A stretch of DNA of 63,433 nucleotides, filler included, from Octopus bimaculoides (GCF_001194135.2; 7 parts of 6 records of this genome joined end to end with filler, not necessarily neighbours in it), one strand, 5' to 3'. Counted from the whole stretch's first letter, positions 13,650 through 28,715 are shown. A program made the numbers and translations. The notes: generated by a model from the letters alone, not told the origin.

Positions 13650-13749
13650 NNNNNNNNNNNNNNNNNNNNNNNNNNNNNNNNNNNNNNNNNNNNTTAATTA
13701 ATTAANNNNNNNNNNNNNNNNNNNNNNNNNNNNNNNNNNNNNNNNNNNN
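13650..13749. other. Scaffolding join: 100-bp N gap with TTAATTAATTAA linker (artefact)
   Basis: The same structure occurs at 21326-21425, 35138-35237, 48913-49012, 55279-55378 and 61530-61629. Confidence 0.95.
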
Positions 13750-13997
13750 GGCTTGTGCGGGTAGCACATAAAAGACACCATTTCGAGCGTGGCCGTTTTC
13801 GTGCGGGTGACACGTAAAAGCACCCACTACACTCTCTGAGTGGTTGGCGTTAGGAAGGGCATCCAGCTGTAGAAACTCTGCCAAATCAGACTGGAGCCTG
13901 GTGTTGCCATCCGGTTTCACCAGTCCTCAGTCAAATCGTCCAACCCATGCTAGCATGGAAAGCGGACGTTAAACGATGATGATGATGATGATGATGA
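13750..13997 (+). mobile_element. RTE-related short retroelement (3' end with (GAT)n tail)
   Basis: Ends ..catgctagcatggaaagcggacgttaaacgatgatgat; relatives at ~15960-16190, 33170-33625, 50760-51015, 58698-58915 and 61312-61529. Confidence 0.8.
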
Positions 13998-16900
13998 ATA
14001 AATTCTTCCTTACAACATAAATCTGCCATTTAAATGTTCATTAAACCTCAAATACTCATTTTAAAGACCAACGTGAAGCTCTGGCTTTATGACATTAAGG
14101 CTTACAAGGCTTACCTCACAAAACCTCAATATTGTCACATGATCTGCTTAAAAGCGAAATTACCTCAAAATCAGATTCCTGTATCTCCAAAAATGAGGGA
14201 CACTATAGATAATGTAAGCTTTGATATATTATGTCTGAAAAATGAACAGCTGGAATGCTTTTGATCATAGCTCTGCACTTACTCAGAGTTTACCTGGGGT
14301 TGATCAATACTAATAATATATTCAATGAGAAGTCTTTTGAACATCAGCAATGATACATCAGAACTCATAAACAAGCTACATAGTATTATTTTTTAGACAT
14401 GCAATTTGGATCAGTTAACAGAAGAGATGTTGATAAAAAAAAACAAGGATATTAAAGAGTTAAATAGTTTTTAATATACTTGCATAATCTCAAGCAGATT
14501 ATAAATGAATTTAGCAATCTCCACAACTAAATTTCTGACTTAAAATAATGCTCTTAAACATCAAAAGCATGGAAATTGTACAAGAGAAAGTAATCAAGAA
14601 AAATGGAAAAAAATCTAGGAAAATGAACAGACGAGATAGAATATAACTGACAACACCAAATAAAGATACAAGTCTCTCAAGATATATTAGTTATCAAATA
14701 TCTGCTCTATAAACCTGACTAATGTGAACCATAAATTATTAAACATATGAGTATGGTGAGACATATTTGACAGAAGAGATAAACAAGAACACTAAATAAA
14801 AATACATTTGGAAACAGAATACATGTATATACACATAACAGTTCCAACATTATCAAGACTATAATAGATTAAATTTTCTCAAGAACAGTTAAAAGTAAAG
14901 GATTCAAAACCTGAAATAGAAATTATGAAACATGTAGAATGAAATTTAGTCAAAAAATATGGCTTGTAAAATGACAATCAAGAAATACCAGTTGTGAAGT
15001 GTTAAACATGAATTATTAATTTTAAAGTGTTAGACAAGAAGTGAAAAGTTCAAAGCACCAAAGTGCAAGGTGCCAATTTGTGACATGTCAACTGCAAAGT
15101 GTGAATCACCAAGTGTCAACTGAGAAGTCTCAACAGAAGTGTTATGAAGAAAGCATCAAATGTGAAGTCAATTGTAAAATGTTGATTATGAAATGCTGTC
15201 AAATGTCAGAGCCTTTATTCCAAAATAAACTCTAGTTCATTGTTGTGACTTGCACTTTACATTGTGCATTTTGTATTTGCATTTAGTGTCTGAATTTATG
15301 CAGCACAAACTTTGTAACTGTGACTGGACATGATTTAGTACTACATTAGATCTACTGTAGATTTTCAACACCTGAACAGTTATATCTGCCCAAGGTAGTG
15401 GTAAGGTATTGTATAATTTATGGTGAATATCCTGAAGAAATAAACTTACTGCTGAAGTTAGTATGTGCAACTCTAGCCAGGGAAAATATAATCACTGCAG
15501 TGCATCCAAACTGAACACTAACATTTGCACAGATCAAACTGAGTAAGATAATTTTGTTTTAATATTTGATATTATTTTGGTATGGATCTTAGTGACCCCC
15601 ATCACCTTGTTCCTCCCAACTCATTGTACCATACTAGTGAAAAGCATGCTGCAGTTCACTATTGTTTGTTCAGCTTCTATCCACAATGACTACTACATTA
15701 CAGATTAGAAGTATTTCTTATTTCCAAGAATTAAATGGACATTGCTACTCCAGTTACTGCCCACACAATACACCTTCCCTGTCACCTCTATCATGCTTCT
15801 TCTGCTAACACATGGCTCAAGCCATGTCTAAACTGTGGTGTCAGTAGATGGCATTTGCCCAATATGCCATTCAATGGAAACAAACCTAGGGCCAAGTAGA
15901 GTCTGATGAAAACAGACATGTGATACAAACTCTCGATAAGTTTGTGATAGTCAGAGGTTAGAGATGGCTACACCAGGCTCCAATCTGATTTGGCAGAGTT
16001 TCTACAACTGGATGCCCTTCCTAACACCAACCACTCAGAGTGTAGTGGGTGCTTTTACGTGTCACCGGCACGAAAGCCAGTCAGGCGGTACTGGCAACGG
16101 CCACGCTCAAAATGGTGTATTTTATGTGCCACTTGCACAAGAGCCAGTCCAGGGGCACTGGCAACGATCTCGCTCGAAAATCCTTACACATGTCATGGGC
16201 ACAAGTGCCAGAAAGGCGACATATATGTATGTACATATGTGTATGCATATATGCACATANNNNNNNNNNNNNNNNNNNNNNNNNNNNNNNNNNNNNNNNN
16301 NNNNNNNNNNNNNNNNNNNNNNNNNNNNNNNNNNNNNNNNNNNNNNNNNNNNNNNNNNNNNNNNNNNNNNNNNNNNNNNNNNNNNNNNNNNNNNNNNNNN
16401 NNNNNNNNNNNNNNNNNNNNNNNNNNNNNNNNNNNNNNNNNNNNNNNNNNNNNNNNNNNNNNNNNNNNNNNNNNNNNNNNNNNNNNNNNNNNNNNNNNNN
16501 NNNNNNNNNNNNNNNNNNNNNNNNNNNNNNNNNNNNNNNNNNNNNNNNNNNNNNNNNNNNNNNNNNNNNNNNNNNNNNNNNNNNNNNNNNNNNNNNNNNN
16601 NNNNNNNNNNNNNNNNNNNNNNNNNNNNNNNNNNNNNNNNNNNNNNNNNNNNNNNNNNNNNNNNNNNNNNNNNNNNNNNNNNNNNNNNNNNNNNNNNNNN
16701 NNNNNNNNNNNNNNNNNNNNNNNNNNNNNNNNNNNNNNNNNNNNNNNNNNNNNNNNNNNNNNNNNNNNNNNNNNNNNNNNNNNNNNNNNNNNNNNNNNNN
16801 NNNNNNNNNNNNNNNNNNNNNNNNNNNNNNNNNNNNNNNNNNNNNNNNNNNNNNNNNNNNNNNNNNNNNNNNNNNNNNNNNNNNNNNNNNNNNNNNNNNN

Positions 16901-17165
16901 NNNNNNNNNNNNNNNNNNNNNNNNNNNNNNNNNNNNNNNNNNNNNNNNNNNNNNNNNNNNNNNNNNNNNNNNNNNNNNNNNNNNNNNNNNNNNNNNNNNN
17001 NNNNNNNNNNNNNNNNNNNNNNNNNNNNNNNNNNNNNNNNNNNNNNNNNNNNNNNNNNNNNNNNNNNNNNNNNNNNNNNNNNNNNNNNNNNNNNNNNNNN
17101 NNNNNNNNNNNNNNNNNNNNNNNNNNNNNNNNNNNNNNNNNNNNNNNNNNNNNNNNNNNNNNNNN

Positions 17166-17204
<39 letters not shown>

Positions 17205-18157
17205 CATATATATATATATATATACATACATATATATATATATATATACATACACACACACATATGATACATATATTTATATATACATATGTATATAATA
17301 TTATATTGTATAAATGGTACGTATGTGTGTCTGTGTGTGCAGATGTAGAATATATATATAAACATAACTACACATAAATCCATATACATCTGTACAACGG
17401 AAGCAGAAACAGATGAAATGTCAGACAAATCTCCATGCTGAAATATTTCCCCAGTCAATATGTATAACATAATTTCAGCTAATATTGGTAATGAAATGCC
17501 TGCAACTATTCTGGACCCAATGAACTTTGAGAACAGAAGTCTGTAGGTTTCTCCACCCCCTTGCTCTTTCTTTATTCACCCACACCACTCAGATTTAAAT
17601 CCCTCCTCTCTCCATCCGCACTCAAAAGATGCTGCCACCATCAACAGAACCACAATTTGCCATCACCAGTAACATCAACCAATGCCATCACTACTATGGC
17701 TATCAGTACCACAACCACTGTTTTTATTACTGTCACTACTGCCATTATCATCAACATCACCACCACAGCTACCAGAGCCAACACTACTTCAACTGCCCTT
17801 ACTTTTTTTTATCTCAAACCTACCACTGCCTGATCTACTTCACTCTCACCACCATCACTATCAAGACCACCCCCACTATCTTCACCTTTAACATTACGCA
17901 GAACAGAAGCCCCCCCTGCCGACACTGCTAACACTACCACTACTAGCATCATCGCCATCACTCCCATCATCAGTATATCCACCCTTACAAGCATCAACAT
18001 TGACACTACTCCTGCTGTTGCCAAAAATGTTAACAGTACACAGGAAAACACACATGCAGACACACGCACACAGAGTCACAAAGCAGCACATAATACAGGT
18101 AAAAAGAGGTGAACTTGCACTCAGACATGCACGGACAGACAACTAAAATGTTTCTCA

Positions 18158-18251
<94 letters not shown>

Positions 18252-18397
18252 CATCAGCAGTACAATCACACATATTCCTTCAAACACACAGATAAAATCA
18301 CAGATATACAACCATGCAGGTATACAGACGCCCACATGCAGTCACAGACACACATGCAAAGACAAAAGCAAATACGCAAACACACACACGCGCTAAC

Positions 18398-18434
<37 letters not shown>

Positions 18435-18742
18435 GTGCACCTATTAATCTCATCCCTCAACTAACACACAGACGCACACAAAGATTGTGCACAAAAACAC
18501 ACATATGCATCTACTGCACTCAACAACTTGATGCACATTTTCCTAGCTTTGATGTAACAGAGAAAGGTGCACTTAATCAACTCTGAATGTAAATGTGCTT
18601 GTTTGTTTATATTTTTTTAAAATTTATGGTAAGATGTTACTTAGATCGTTTATTTGCATATTATATATCTTTGTCTTATTTATCTTCATCATAAGTATTA
18701 AGATATTTTATTACTATCATTATTACTACCATTATCTTTTAC

Positions 18743-18778
<36 letters not shown>

Positions 18779-19790
18779 AAATGTTGTGGTTGTTGTTTGT
18801 TATAGTCATTTGATCTATGTAATAGGCCTTTCAGTTGTGTTGTGTTCCAGCCTCCACCACCATCAATCAAGTAATCAATAAATAATAGTGAACAATGGAT
18901 TAAAAATAAAAATACCAATAAAATACAACAGAGAGAAAGGAAGGAACAAAATGTATGCATGCGCGTGTGTATATGTTACACAGAGAGAGAGAGAGAGAGA
19001 AAAGAAAGAGAGTTAGAGAGTAAAGAGAGAGAGAGAGAGAGAGAGACACACACACACACAGAAGAGAAAGATTAGATTGCTGTTCCAATTTCTTATAGTG
19101 CACCCAATGAAATGCTGACTGGGGTGGTGGGTGAACAGAAGCAATAGCAATGTTGACAACAGACTTGTACTACCTTTATTAATGTTACTACTACTAGTAT
19201 TATTACTACTACACATACTGCTGCTGCAACCTACTAGAAATTCCTCCTCCATAATCTACCTCCAGTTGCTGCACAAATGTCAGTACCACCAGATCCACAA
19301 TAATTACCAGTGACATCGGCATTATTATCCATCTTCTCCACCATATCAGTTGACTTTACTTTTCCATACACAACGACCTCCACTTCTAGATATTAACGAA
19401 ACAAAGATTACCGTTGACCTAATCACCATTACAAACTATCATCAGCACTATATGAAAACCACCTCTACAGCAATTTCTCACCACAACAACTAACATCATC
19501 ACCACAATAAACCACCAATGGAACCAAATCTAGCAGAATTAGTACAACTACCATGAACAACAAATGTAAAAACTGAAGTGCCATCATTTGCAATGTAATA
19601 CAGTGTTAGATACAGTAATTCTGAGGAAAGAAACCAATGGTTTGGTCATGGTAAGACTAACTTTGGTTATATGCTTTTTCAATCAAAGCAGACCAGCTCC
19701 TTAAGAACAACACAATCAGAATCATGATAAGCGCTAGGTCAATTGCAGTTACATAAAATAGAGCAAGCTATTGACTTTCGAGTTTGTATG

Positions 19791-19835
<45 letters not shown>

Positions 19836-21244
19836 GTAAATGAGTATATGCATATATAGGTACAGGTATGTGCATACCGACATCCACCTGTATGTATAGG
19901 TGCATACACACACACATGCACACACATCGAAAGGGAGAGAGAGAGAGAAAAAGACGAGATCATTACTACCATTATCATTGATATTATTTAGTTATATATT
20001 ATGCAGTGCACTGACAAGAGTGCAGTTTGTACTCTTAGCAGGTTGTACTATGTTAACTACTACTATAACTTAAACAGGCATGATTACAATAGCAGCAGCC
20101 AGCATAAGCACCACTGCTTGCTTGTGCTGATGCACAGAGAAATGTAGGTGGCAGAGGAAGAGGGTTAAACACAACATCAATTAAATACTGGAGAGAAAAA
20201 AGAAAAAGAAAAAAAAAAAGGAGTAACCGGGGTGGGGGGAATAAACAAATAAATAAATAAATAATACAAACAGATAAATATCTCTTAACGATACATTAAG
20301 AAAATCTAATTTATATACACACATAAATGTGTACAGAAAGATGATTTTATGTATGTAGATGTGTGACTACATATGCGTATAGATGAAAATATGAACGTGC
20401 ATATACACACATACACTCACACATGTATACATATATGTCCAACCCATGCCAGCAGGGGAACATGGACATTAAATGATGACACATACATACGAATATACAT
20501 TTATATTTACATAATGTGCATATATCCATTTATACAAACATATATTTACATATATATATATACACACACACACACACGCATATTTATATAGGTATACATA
20601 TATACATATATAAGTGTATATAAATATCAACTTTGAATCCATGAGTGAGAAACAAAAACAGGTATCATATATTTGTTAAGTGACTAGGTATATTAATTAT
20701 TTGTCTAATACAGTATTATAGACTCATTTCAGTCGATTTTGTTAATCTGTTTTGCATACTAGATTTTAGGAAAGCCAATCTCAGCATTCATCAGAAGGGT
20801 TGGCAGGAAACAGCATAAGGCAGGCTCTTTATTACTGGAGGCCAGAAAGTTTCACAGCACAGGCGTGGCTGTGTAGTAAGAAGCTTGCTTCCCAACCACA
20901 TGGTTCCAGGTTCAGTCCCACTGTATGACACCTTGAGCAAGGCTGACCAAAGCCTTGTGAGTAGATTTCATATGCAGAATTTGAAACAAGCCCATCATAT
21001 ATATATATATATACATATATAGGGTCTCATTCATTCTTTTGTTGTCATACTATTAGTGATTGTGTTTGTTATCCACCACCACTTGACAGCTGGTGTTGGT
21101 GTATTTACGTCTCTGTAATGTAGCAGTTTGGCAAAAGTGATCAATAATACTGGGGTCGATTAGTGTGACTAAAAGTTCCATAGCTGCAGTCTAATGACTG
21201 AAACAAGTAAAAGAATATATCTACATTTATAAAGAAGTGTGTAC

Positions 21245-21325
<81 letters not shown>

Positions 21326-21425
21326 NNNNNNNNNNNNNNNNNNNNNNNNNNNNNNNNNNNNNNNNNNNNTTAATTAATTAANNNNNNNNNNNNNNNNNNN
21401 NNNNNNNNNNNNNNNNNNNNNNNNN

Positions 21426-21455
<30 letters not shown>

Positions 21456-21459
<4 letters not shown>

Positions 21460-22090
21460 GGTGCAGTGAATAAACTGTCATCTAAATTACACAAAAATGA
21501 AAATAACATTGACATCTCATTTTAGCAGATATATTTACCGAAATTACATAAGAATATCTTAAAATACTAAAGAGTAAATTCATTCAATAAAATCGCTATT
21601 GGCTTCAAATACATCCTCCAAACGACTTTGGAATCGCCTGCAATTTTCCTGGTCGGTCTCCTTGTTTAAGTTGGTGAATGCTGCTATAATCTTTGCCTTC
21701 AGTTCATCTTTGGTGTCATAAGAAGTTTTGTTGGTCTCTCACTCATCTGTACTGTACACATAATAATCAAGGGGATTGCAGTCTGGGGAGTTAGGTGGCC
21801 AGATGTTATGGGTAATGTGATCACAGAAATTGTCTGACAGCTATGACTGGGTTCTCCTGCTTGTGTGGCATGGTGCAGAGTCCTGTTGCTAAGGATAAGG
21901 TCTTCCAGCAGCCACCCTCTTCACCCTGGGCAACACTACCTCCTCCAGGCAGTTGATGTAGGCCTCTGTGTTGAATCTGAGGCAGTGTGGGAAGATGAAT
22001 GGAGGCATAACGTCACCATAATTAGTGATCACTCCAAACACCATCATGTTGACTGGATGTCTGATTTTTATCACTCTTGGTACATGTCCT
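21456..22090 (-). mobile_element. Tc1/mariner-superfamily (maT/DD37D-like) transposon 3' fragment
   Basis: MVFGVIT..GDVMPPFIFPHCLRFNTEAYINCLEEVVLP, QQDSAPCH, WPPNSPDCNPLDY; TA-CAGGGTG terminus at 21456. Confidence 0.8.
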
Positions 22091-22433
22091 CAGATTGCAC
22101 AAAAAAATATCTCCTCCTCCTCCTCCTCCTCCTCCTCTTCATCATCATCATGATCATCCTACTCCTTCTCCTCTTCCTCCTGCTCCTCCTCTTCCTCTTA
22201 CTCCTCCTGATTTACATGTATTTACATATTGAAGTAAGAATGGCAGATGAACACAAGTGAACACAATGAATGTATTGACATGGAATACAAATGAAAAGGA
22301 ATAATGAAATAGTCTTATCTTTACAACTGTTTCAGATGAACCATGACTGATACCAAAATCATGTATTTTATATAATAAAGAACCATAATAGTATGAAATA
22401 ACACATTTTTTTCTATAGATCAGAGAAGGAAAA

Positions 22434-22497
22434 TCATGTTCTCATGAGATTCTGGCTGAGTTCATAGTGCAGAGCATTGCTTACAGAGGCATAGGTT
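22434..22497 (-). CDS. Candidate terminal coding exon (RTYASVSNALHYELSQNLMRT*)
   Basis: CTATTTCTAAG| acceptor 80 nt after the phase-2 donor at 22577; the frame is open to TGA at 22436-22434. An internal GTAAGC could instead make it a 13-nt microexon. Confidence 0.5.
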
Positions 22498-22577
22498 CTT
22501 AGAAATAGTGAAGTAAATCTTCTATTAGAGTTAAAGTGATACCAATGTTTGGAATTAATAAAAATTCAATAAATTAC

Positions 22578-22782
22578 CTATCATATCCTTTCTTGCTCTT
22601 CTTGTTGACTGTAACCGAACAGGAAGTTTCTATGATGCCAAATACATTAGCAGCTCGAACAATATATTCACCACGATCTGTGATCATTACAGATGGGATT
22701 TCAAGGGTCTGCAAGGTTCCATAAGCTATAATTCGGTGGCGAACATCATATGTAAGCTGCCGAACACCTTTCTGCCAGGTAA
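22578..22782 (-). CDS. Ig-gene exon, C-part of Ig4 (TWQKGVRQL...LEIPSVMITDRGEYIVRAANVFGIIETSCSVTVNKKSKKGYD)
   Basis: ACTTTACAG| acceptor, |GTAATT donor, 205 nt, phase 1 to 2. Confidence 0.92.
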
Positions 22783-23797
22783 CTGTAAAGTTTGAAATAA
22801 ATGAAGCATAAATTTACACAAAGACTGCAAAAATATATTTTATCTGCTTTTAGCTTTTTCTTGTTTCAGTCGTTTGATTCTGGTTATGTTTGGTGCACCT
22901 CCTTGAAGGGTTTGATTGGACAAATTAACCCTGGTACTTATTTTTTTGTGTTGGGTACTTATTGTGTTGGTCATTTTTGCTGAACCACTAAATTATGAGA
23001 ATGTAAACAAACCAAGTATTGGTGGGAAGGGGGCAACATACAAACACACACACATCAAACTTCCTCAGAGTTTCTATCTACTGGATTTACTCACAAGGCA
23101 ATGGTCGGCTAGAGACTATAACAGAAAACACTTGCACACGGTATCCCACAGTGGGACTGAACTTGAAACTACATGGTTTCAAACTGAGCTTCTTAACCCA
23201 CAACCATGTTGGCATTTATGTTTATTTTTCTTGAATTCAAACATTGATTTTTTTAAAGGATGTGGTAAATTTAAAGAGTTTATCTTGCAATTTGACAAAT
23301 GTCTAATACATTTATTTCTTTATTGCCCACAGAGAGCTAAACATAGAGGGGATAAACAAGGACAGACAAAGGGATTCAGTCGATTATATCAACCCCAGTG
23401 CCTAGCTGATACTTATTTAATTGACCCCAAAAGGATGAAAGGCAAAGTCGACCTTGGTGGAATACAAATGTCTAATATATTGACTACTGAGAAATGAAAA
23501 TCAAAAACCAACTTGAAAAGACTTGAACTTTAAATGTAAGAAAGCAAGAAATAAATGATTGATGAGATTAAACCCAGCATTTTATTTATTCTGATTCATA
23601 TACTTTTATGCTATTACTTGTTTTAATTATGGACTGTGGCCATGCTGGGGCACATATTTGAAGGGTTTAGTCAAACAAATCAACCCTATTACTTATCCTT
23701 TTTAAGCCTGTAACTTATTCCTTCAGTCTCTTTTGCCAAGCCACTAACACTAACCTACGGAGATGTAAACAAAGCAACACCAGATTTCAAGTGGTAT

Positions 23798-23848
<51 letters not shown>

Positions 23849-25912
23849 CATATGACAAGCTTCCATTCAGTTTCCATCTACAACATTCCTTCACAAGGCA
23901 TTGGTCAGTTCAAGTGTATAGTAGATGACCCTTGTCCAAGGTACTGTGCATTGGAACTGAACCCAAGCAATGTAGTTGCTAAACAAACTTCTTAACCACA
24001 TAGCTATGCCTGCGCCTAAGAAACATTCTTGAAGATAATAAACAAAAGTTTATAGTTCTGTGGAACCTGCTCACATGAAAATATCAACATTTTGAATTTA
24101 ATTCCATGAAACAACTCTGCATTGTTCTTACTTTTTCTTTTTGCTAAATATTTATGAAATAACAAATAAACATGCTATGAACAAAGTGCTAAGATTTTAA
24201 TAAAAATTATATTAGACATTAATAAACATCACTTTGATACTGAAACAATAATGTAACTGTAGGCCCATAGTATGTCTCTTTTCTATATTAAGTTAGTGAT
24301 GAGCAAGTTGCAATACCTGTGACAGATGATTCTCATCTGCTTCACTATATGTGTGTGCTTTTATGATTAAATGCCTATATGAGAGTATCTCTTAAGGATA
24401 ATAATGCAGCATTCAATGTTCTAACAAGACGTCCATGCTAAGTTGCATTAAAGATTACTTTTTGGTATTAATACTGCTTCTGGCTCTAATAATTAATTAT
24501 TAAATTCATGCTTATAATATCTAATATCGACTAATGAACAAATTATTTTACATTAAGGACTTCATTACTTTGTCTTAACAATGAGGATCCATCAACTGTC
24601 ACTTCTTGAAGTAATGAGAAAATAGAATATAATGAAGTGCGTGATTATTTTCTCTTCTCAATCAAGATTTTGAAATTATTTTATGCAGATTTCTCTATAA
24701 TTAAAAATATCAAAAATAAATAAATAAATAAAAATGACTCATGTACAGTATTTAACCCTTTTGATACCAGTCTGCCTAAGATTGCCCTTAGTTTCATGAT
24801 ACAAATTCCCTGTTTTAAAATTATCTAAGTCAAATTTTCCTTCAAAATTTCATGTTAAGTTCTAAACATCAGCTGATAAGGAAGAAATTATTTTACTAAA
24901 TTCTTCATTATTTTCAAAATTAGTTGTAACAAAGGCAGTGTATTTCAACAGATATGTGGTAACTAAAAGGTTTAAAAAGAGGAGCTGTAGAACATGGCTA
25001 GAAGTGGATAAGGATTAAAAAAAGGTATCCAAAGCAGGGCAGTGCTCTATTAATTCCAAGAGCTTTTTCATGTTAGAGATGAAAGTCAGTATTTCCAGAT
25101 GTTTTTCATACACATTAGTTTCTTTGTTAGCGTTTTTTTCTTTTTTTTTTTCTTAGATAAGGTTCCTTTCAAACTAATATAAGAGCTGCAACACTTTACA
25201 ATGAACCAAAAAGGATTCTGATACAGGTATCTAATAGCATACTGACATCTAAGAATAATGCAGGCACAAATGCTAACTTCAGCATTCTTATCATAAGAAT
25301 AATTGTCTTGAAAGCAGTACAGTTCATAGCAATTTAGTGCTGAATTAACTGATATCTTCCATATAACTGCTTTTGTTAAACATAATGCTTGAATATTAGA
25401 TATAGTGAAGGACATGATATGGAAGGAAGAGAGTGATTAGCTTCTGATATTTAGCAGCTGTTAATGGAACCCAGCATTACTTTTTGTTCATGTTGAGGCT
25501 GCATTTATAAAATTATGAAAATGACAGAATCACAAATATAGGGAATAAGATATGTTCTTAAACTTTTGGGTTCTTGTGTCCTTTATTATGAAAAAAACAA
25601 ATATGTTTCTGTGAGAAAGTTAGATTTCAAGACTTCAGGATTAACCCCAGAAACATTTCAGGTAAGGCTTGAATTAGAGAGAGAGGCTCAAATTCATAAC
25701 AGTCTACTTTTTGATCACATACTCTCACTGACTTGGGTTTTGAACCCTGAATGATTTTATTGCATGTCTAAGTATGATACATGATTTGAATACATTTGGG
25801 TGCGTGCACATTCTTGTGTGTGTGTGTGTGTGTGCGTGCATGAGCAAGTGTTTGTTCTTAACATATTTTTAAAGCATATGCAAAATAGATAAGTTTAAAA
25901 AAGAATACTTAC

Positions 25913-26125
25913 TGACAGGAGAAGGGAAGCCTTCAATTGAACAATCAAGACGGAGTTTTTCACCTTCATTTAACTCAATTTTTTTAGCGAGCATCATTGT
26001 AAAATAAGGTGGTTGTCCTGGTGTTAGCATACGGTCAGCTACATCAAGGTCAGGAGCTTTTTCATACTTCTGAAGACTATATGACCTCTCTTGAGAAGTT
26101 TGACGACTATGTGTGTCACCGAAAC
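25913..26125 (-). CDS. Ig-gene exon, linker plus N-part of Ig4 (QPPYFTMMLAKKIELNEGEKLRLDCSIEGFPSPV)
   Basis: TTATTTAAG| acceptor, |GTAAGT donor, 213 nt, phase 1 to 1. Confidence 0.92.
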
Positions 26126-26331
26126 CTTAAATAAATAACAGAATATAAACTAATTTAGAAGTATCTAAAATCAAAATATTTTATTGTAAATTTTAAAATA
26201 TCTGGTTAAGTGGTCTGGAAATAAATAATGTACTAAGAAGGAGAATGGTGACAATCAAATTTGTTGTTTGAAAACTTAAATATCAAGAGTTAAAAATAGA
26301 TTTAGAATAGGAATAAGAATATGAGGCTTAC

Positions 26332-26507
26332 CGACTATACGCAAGCGTGTTGAACATGTTGTCCGTCCAGCACTATTGTGGGCTGTACATGAATAAAGAC
26401 CTGAATCATTTTCTTCTACCTTATGTATGATCAGTCTGCAACCACCATGATTATCTACAAAAACTTGGCAGCGTCTGTTATCTTCGACATTAATTCCATC
26501 TTTGCTC
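26332..26507 (-). CDS. Ig-gene exon, C-half of Ig3 (SKDGINVEDNRR...LIIHKVEENDSGLYSCTAHNSAGRTTCSTRLRIV)
   Basis: TTTCTTTTCAG| acceptor, |GTAAGC donor, 176 nt, phase 2 to 1. Confidence 0.93.
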
Positions 26508-28715
26508 CTGAAAAGAAAATCAATTAAGTAAGCTTTGCATGTTTGTTTTTAATAATAAACTTGAAAGAGATTATCAATACTTACATTAACATTGTTGGAG
26601 ATTATTAAATGGATTCTTATCAATAGAGTGTTAGGCTGACTGCTTGGTCTCTACATGCATCTTATGTCAATTATTTATGAATGAAGCCAGCAATGCCATT
26701 CAGTATTTTATTATCGTCATCATCATCAATAACAATAACAACCACCCTGGACGTTACTGTCTCAAATCCTCATAGCACTCATAGGGTCAGTTACCCAGTT
26801 TCTAAGGCATATAAGTGACTGAGATCTCAGCTTACCCATTGAAGAGGATGTCAGTCCATTGCAGGATTACTCACTGACAGTTGAGTGGACTGGAGTCTCA
26901 TAAAATGAAGAGTTTTGCTCAAGAACACAATGCACTGGCCAATTTAGGAATCAAAGCCACAATTGCAACAGGAGTGGACTGAGCTGTCAGTCAATCGAGC
27001 ACTGCCTGAGGGCCTGGAGCTCTGAAGGACCCACACTCTACATGTTAATTCTACTAAAACACACATTCAAAGAGGTCCAGTAAACAGTTATGCCCAAGAG
27101 CCCTTAATACTCTCATCCAATGTTTCTCTTAAAGATGGTGTAGGGAAGATTGAAAAACAAGATAGACAAATTGAATAAAATTAATATTGTTTCAAACTTT
27201 AAATAGTCGTCCACCACCCTAACCCTTTCTTTTATAGGCACAAGGCCTAAAAATTATTATATGGATGCAAACACTATTTTGATTTCTCATTAGTATAGGG
27301 CGGAAGGGAAAAACTCCTTACTGTTTTGAAGGTGGTGTTGTTAGTAGTGGCAGTATTTGGTGATTATGATAGTGAGCTGATATTTGTCAGTTTGAGAACT
27401 ACTGATATATGGAAAATCAACTTAGTGGTACCCAAGCATGGAAAGTGATGAATTCAGCTATAAAATTACATAAAGTCTTGCTTGCTAAGTGAACTGGACA
27501 ATCAAGAGTTGAGTGCCCTGACTATAGCTAACACATTGCAAAGATGACAAGATGTACACACTGTCAACCACTTGAATACTACTTCAACACCTTATTAACT
27601 CAGCCATCAATAATCCTTAAACTCTAGTAAAACCTTTTAAGACAAAAGACCTAACTGCAAAACAGCACCAGTTGGTTTCCTTATAAGTCTCAGACAGAGG
27701 AGCTAATATTTGTTCATCTTAAGGTGGTGAGCTGGCAGAAACATTAGCACACAGGCCAAAATGCTTAGCAGTATTTTGTCTTTATGTTCTGAGTTCAAAT
27801 TCCCCCAAGGTCAACTTTGCCTTTTATCCTTTCGGGGTCGATAAATTATGTGCCAGTTATGTACTGGCATCAATCTAATCGACTGGCCCCCTCCCTAAAA
27901 TAGGCCTTGTGCCTAGAGTCGAAAGGAATATTTGTTCATCTTTAATTTGCTGTTCTATCTCACCTGAGTGATCATGATAGGAGTTCAAATTAGATTAGTA
28001 TAGATTTCTGGACGGTAAATAGGCAGGAAAGCTGCGTACTTATGATTTGATGAAGTTTCAAACTGTTACATTATTAAAATATATATTAGGGTGGTTTATT
28101 GATAGAATTCACAGAATGTCAAACAAAACAATCTGCAGTATTTGTTTCAGCTCTTTACATTATGAGTTCAAATCCTGCTATGATCGAGTTTGCCGTTCAT
28201 CCCTCTGGGGTCAATGAAATAAAAGCACCAAATTAAACTAGGGTCAGTTTGATCAACCAAGTTACCTCCTACTTAATTTCAGGCTTTATACCTGAATTAA
28301 AATACATTATTAAAATATATATTAGTGCTGAAGTTTGGTAGAATCATTACAACATCAGAGAAAAATTACTTGTATTATTTGTTCTGGCTCCTTAATGTTT
28401 TGAGTTCAACTTTGCCTGTTGAGAAAATAGACTATCAAGAGAAGCACTGGAGTTGATTGAGTTAACTAAACTCTTTCCAAATTTCTGTTCTTATGCCTAA
28501 GTTAGAAATTAGTATCAAAGTATGCATACACACATACACATGCACACGCATACACACATTTATATATATATATAATATTTTCACTAAGGCATAGCGATAC
28601 TAATAATCAGTTGTTAGAACTCAGTATACTTATACTTTAGAGTAAAGTGTTAAGCAAGTATAGAGTGTAATATCAATTAATGAATGACAAAAGAACAGGA
28701 GTTACGCAACAGCTG

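Noticed and set aside
17300-17540. Open frame on the minus strand as a further exon of the Ig gene
   Set aside because: No polypyrimidine tract, no domain signature, and it runs into microsatellite.
20701-20800. CTGATGA ... GAAATGAGTC on the minus strand
   Set aside because: No stem I, II or III pairing.
22320-22425. Discontinuous hammerhead in the putative 3' UTR (CTGATCT ... GAAACAGTTGTA)
   Set aside because: The core lacks G8 and A9, and there is no credible stem II or stem I.
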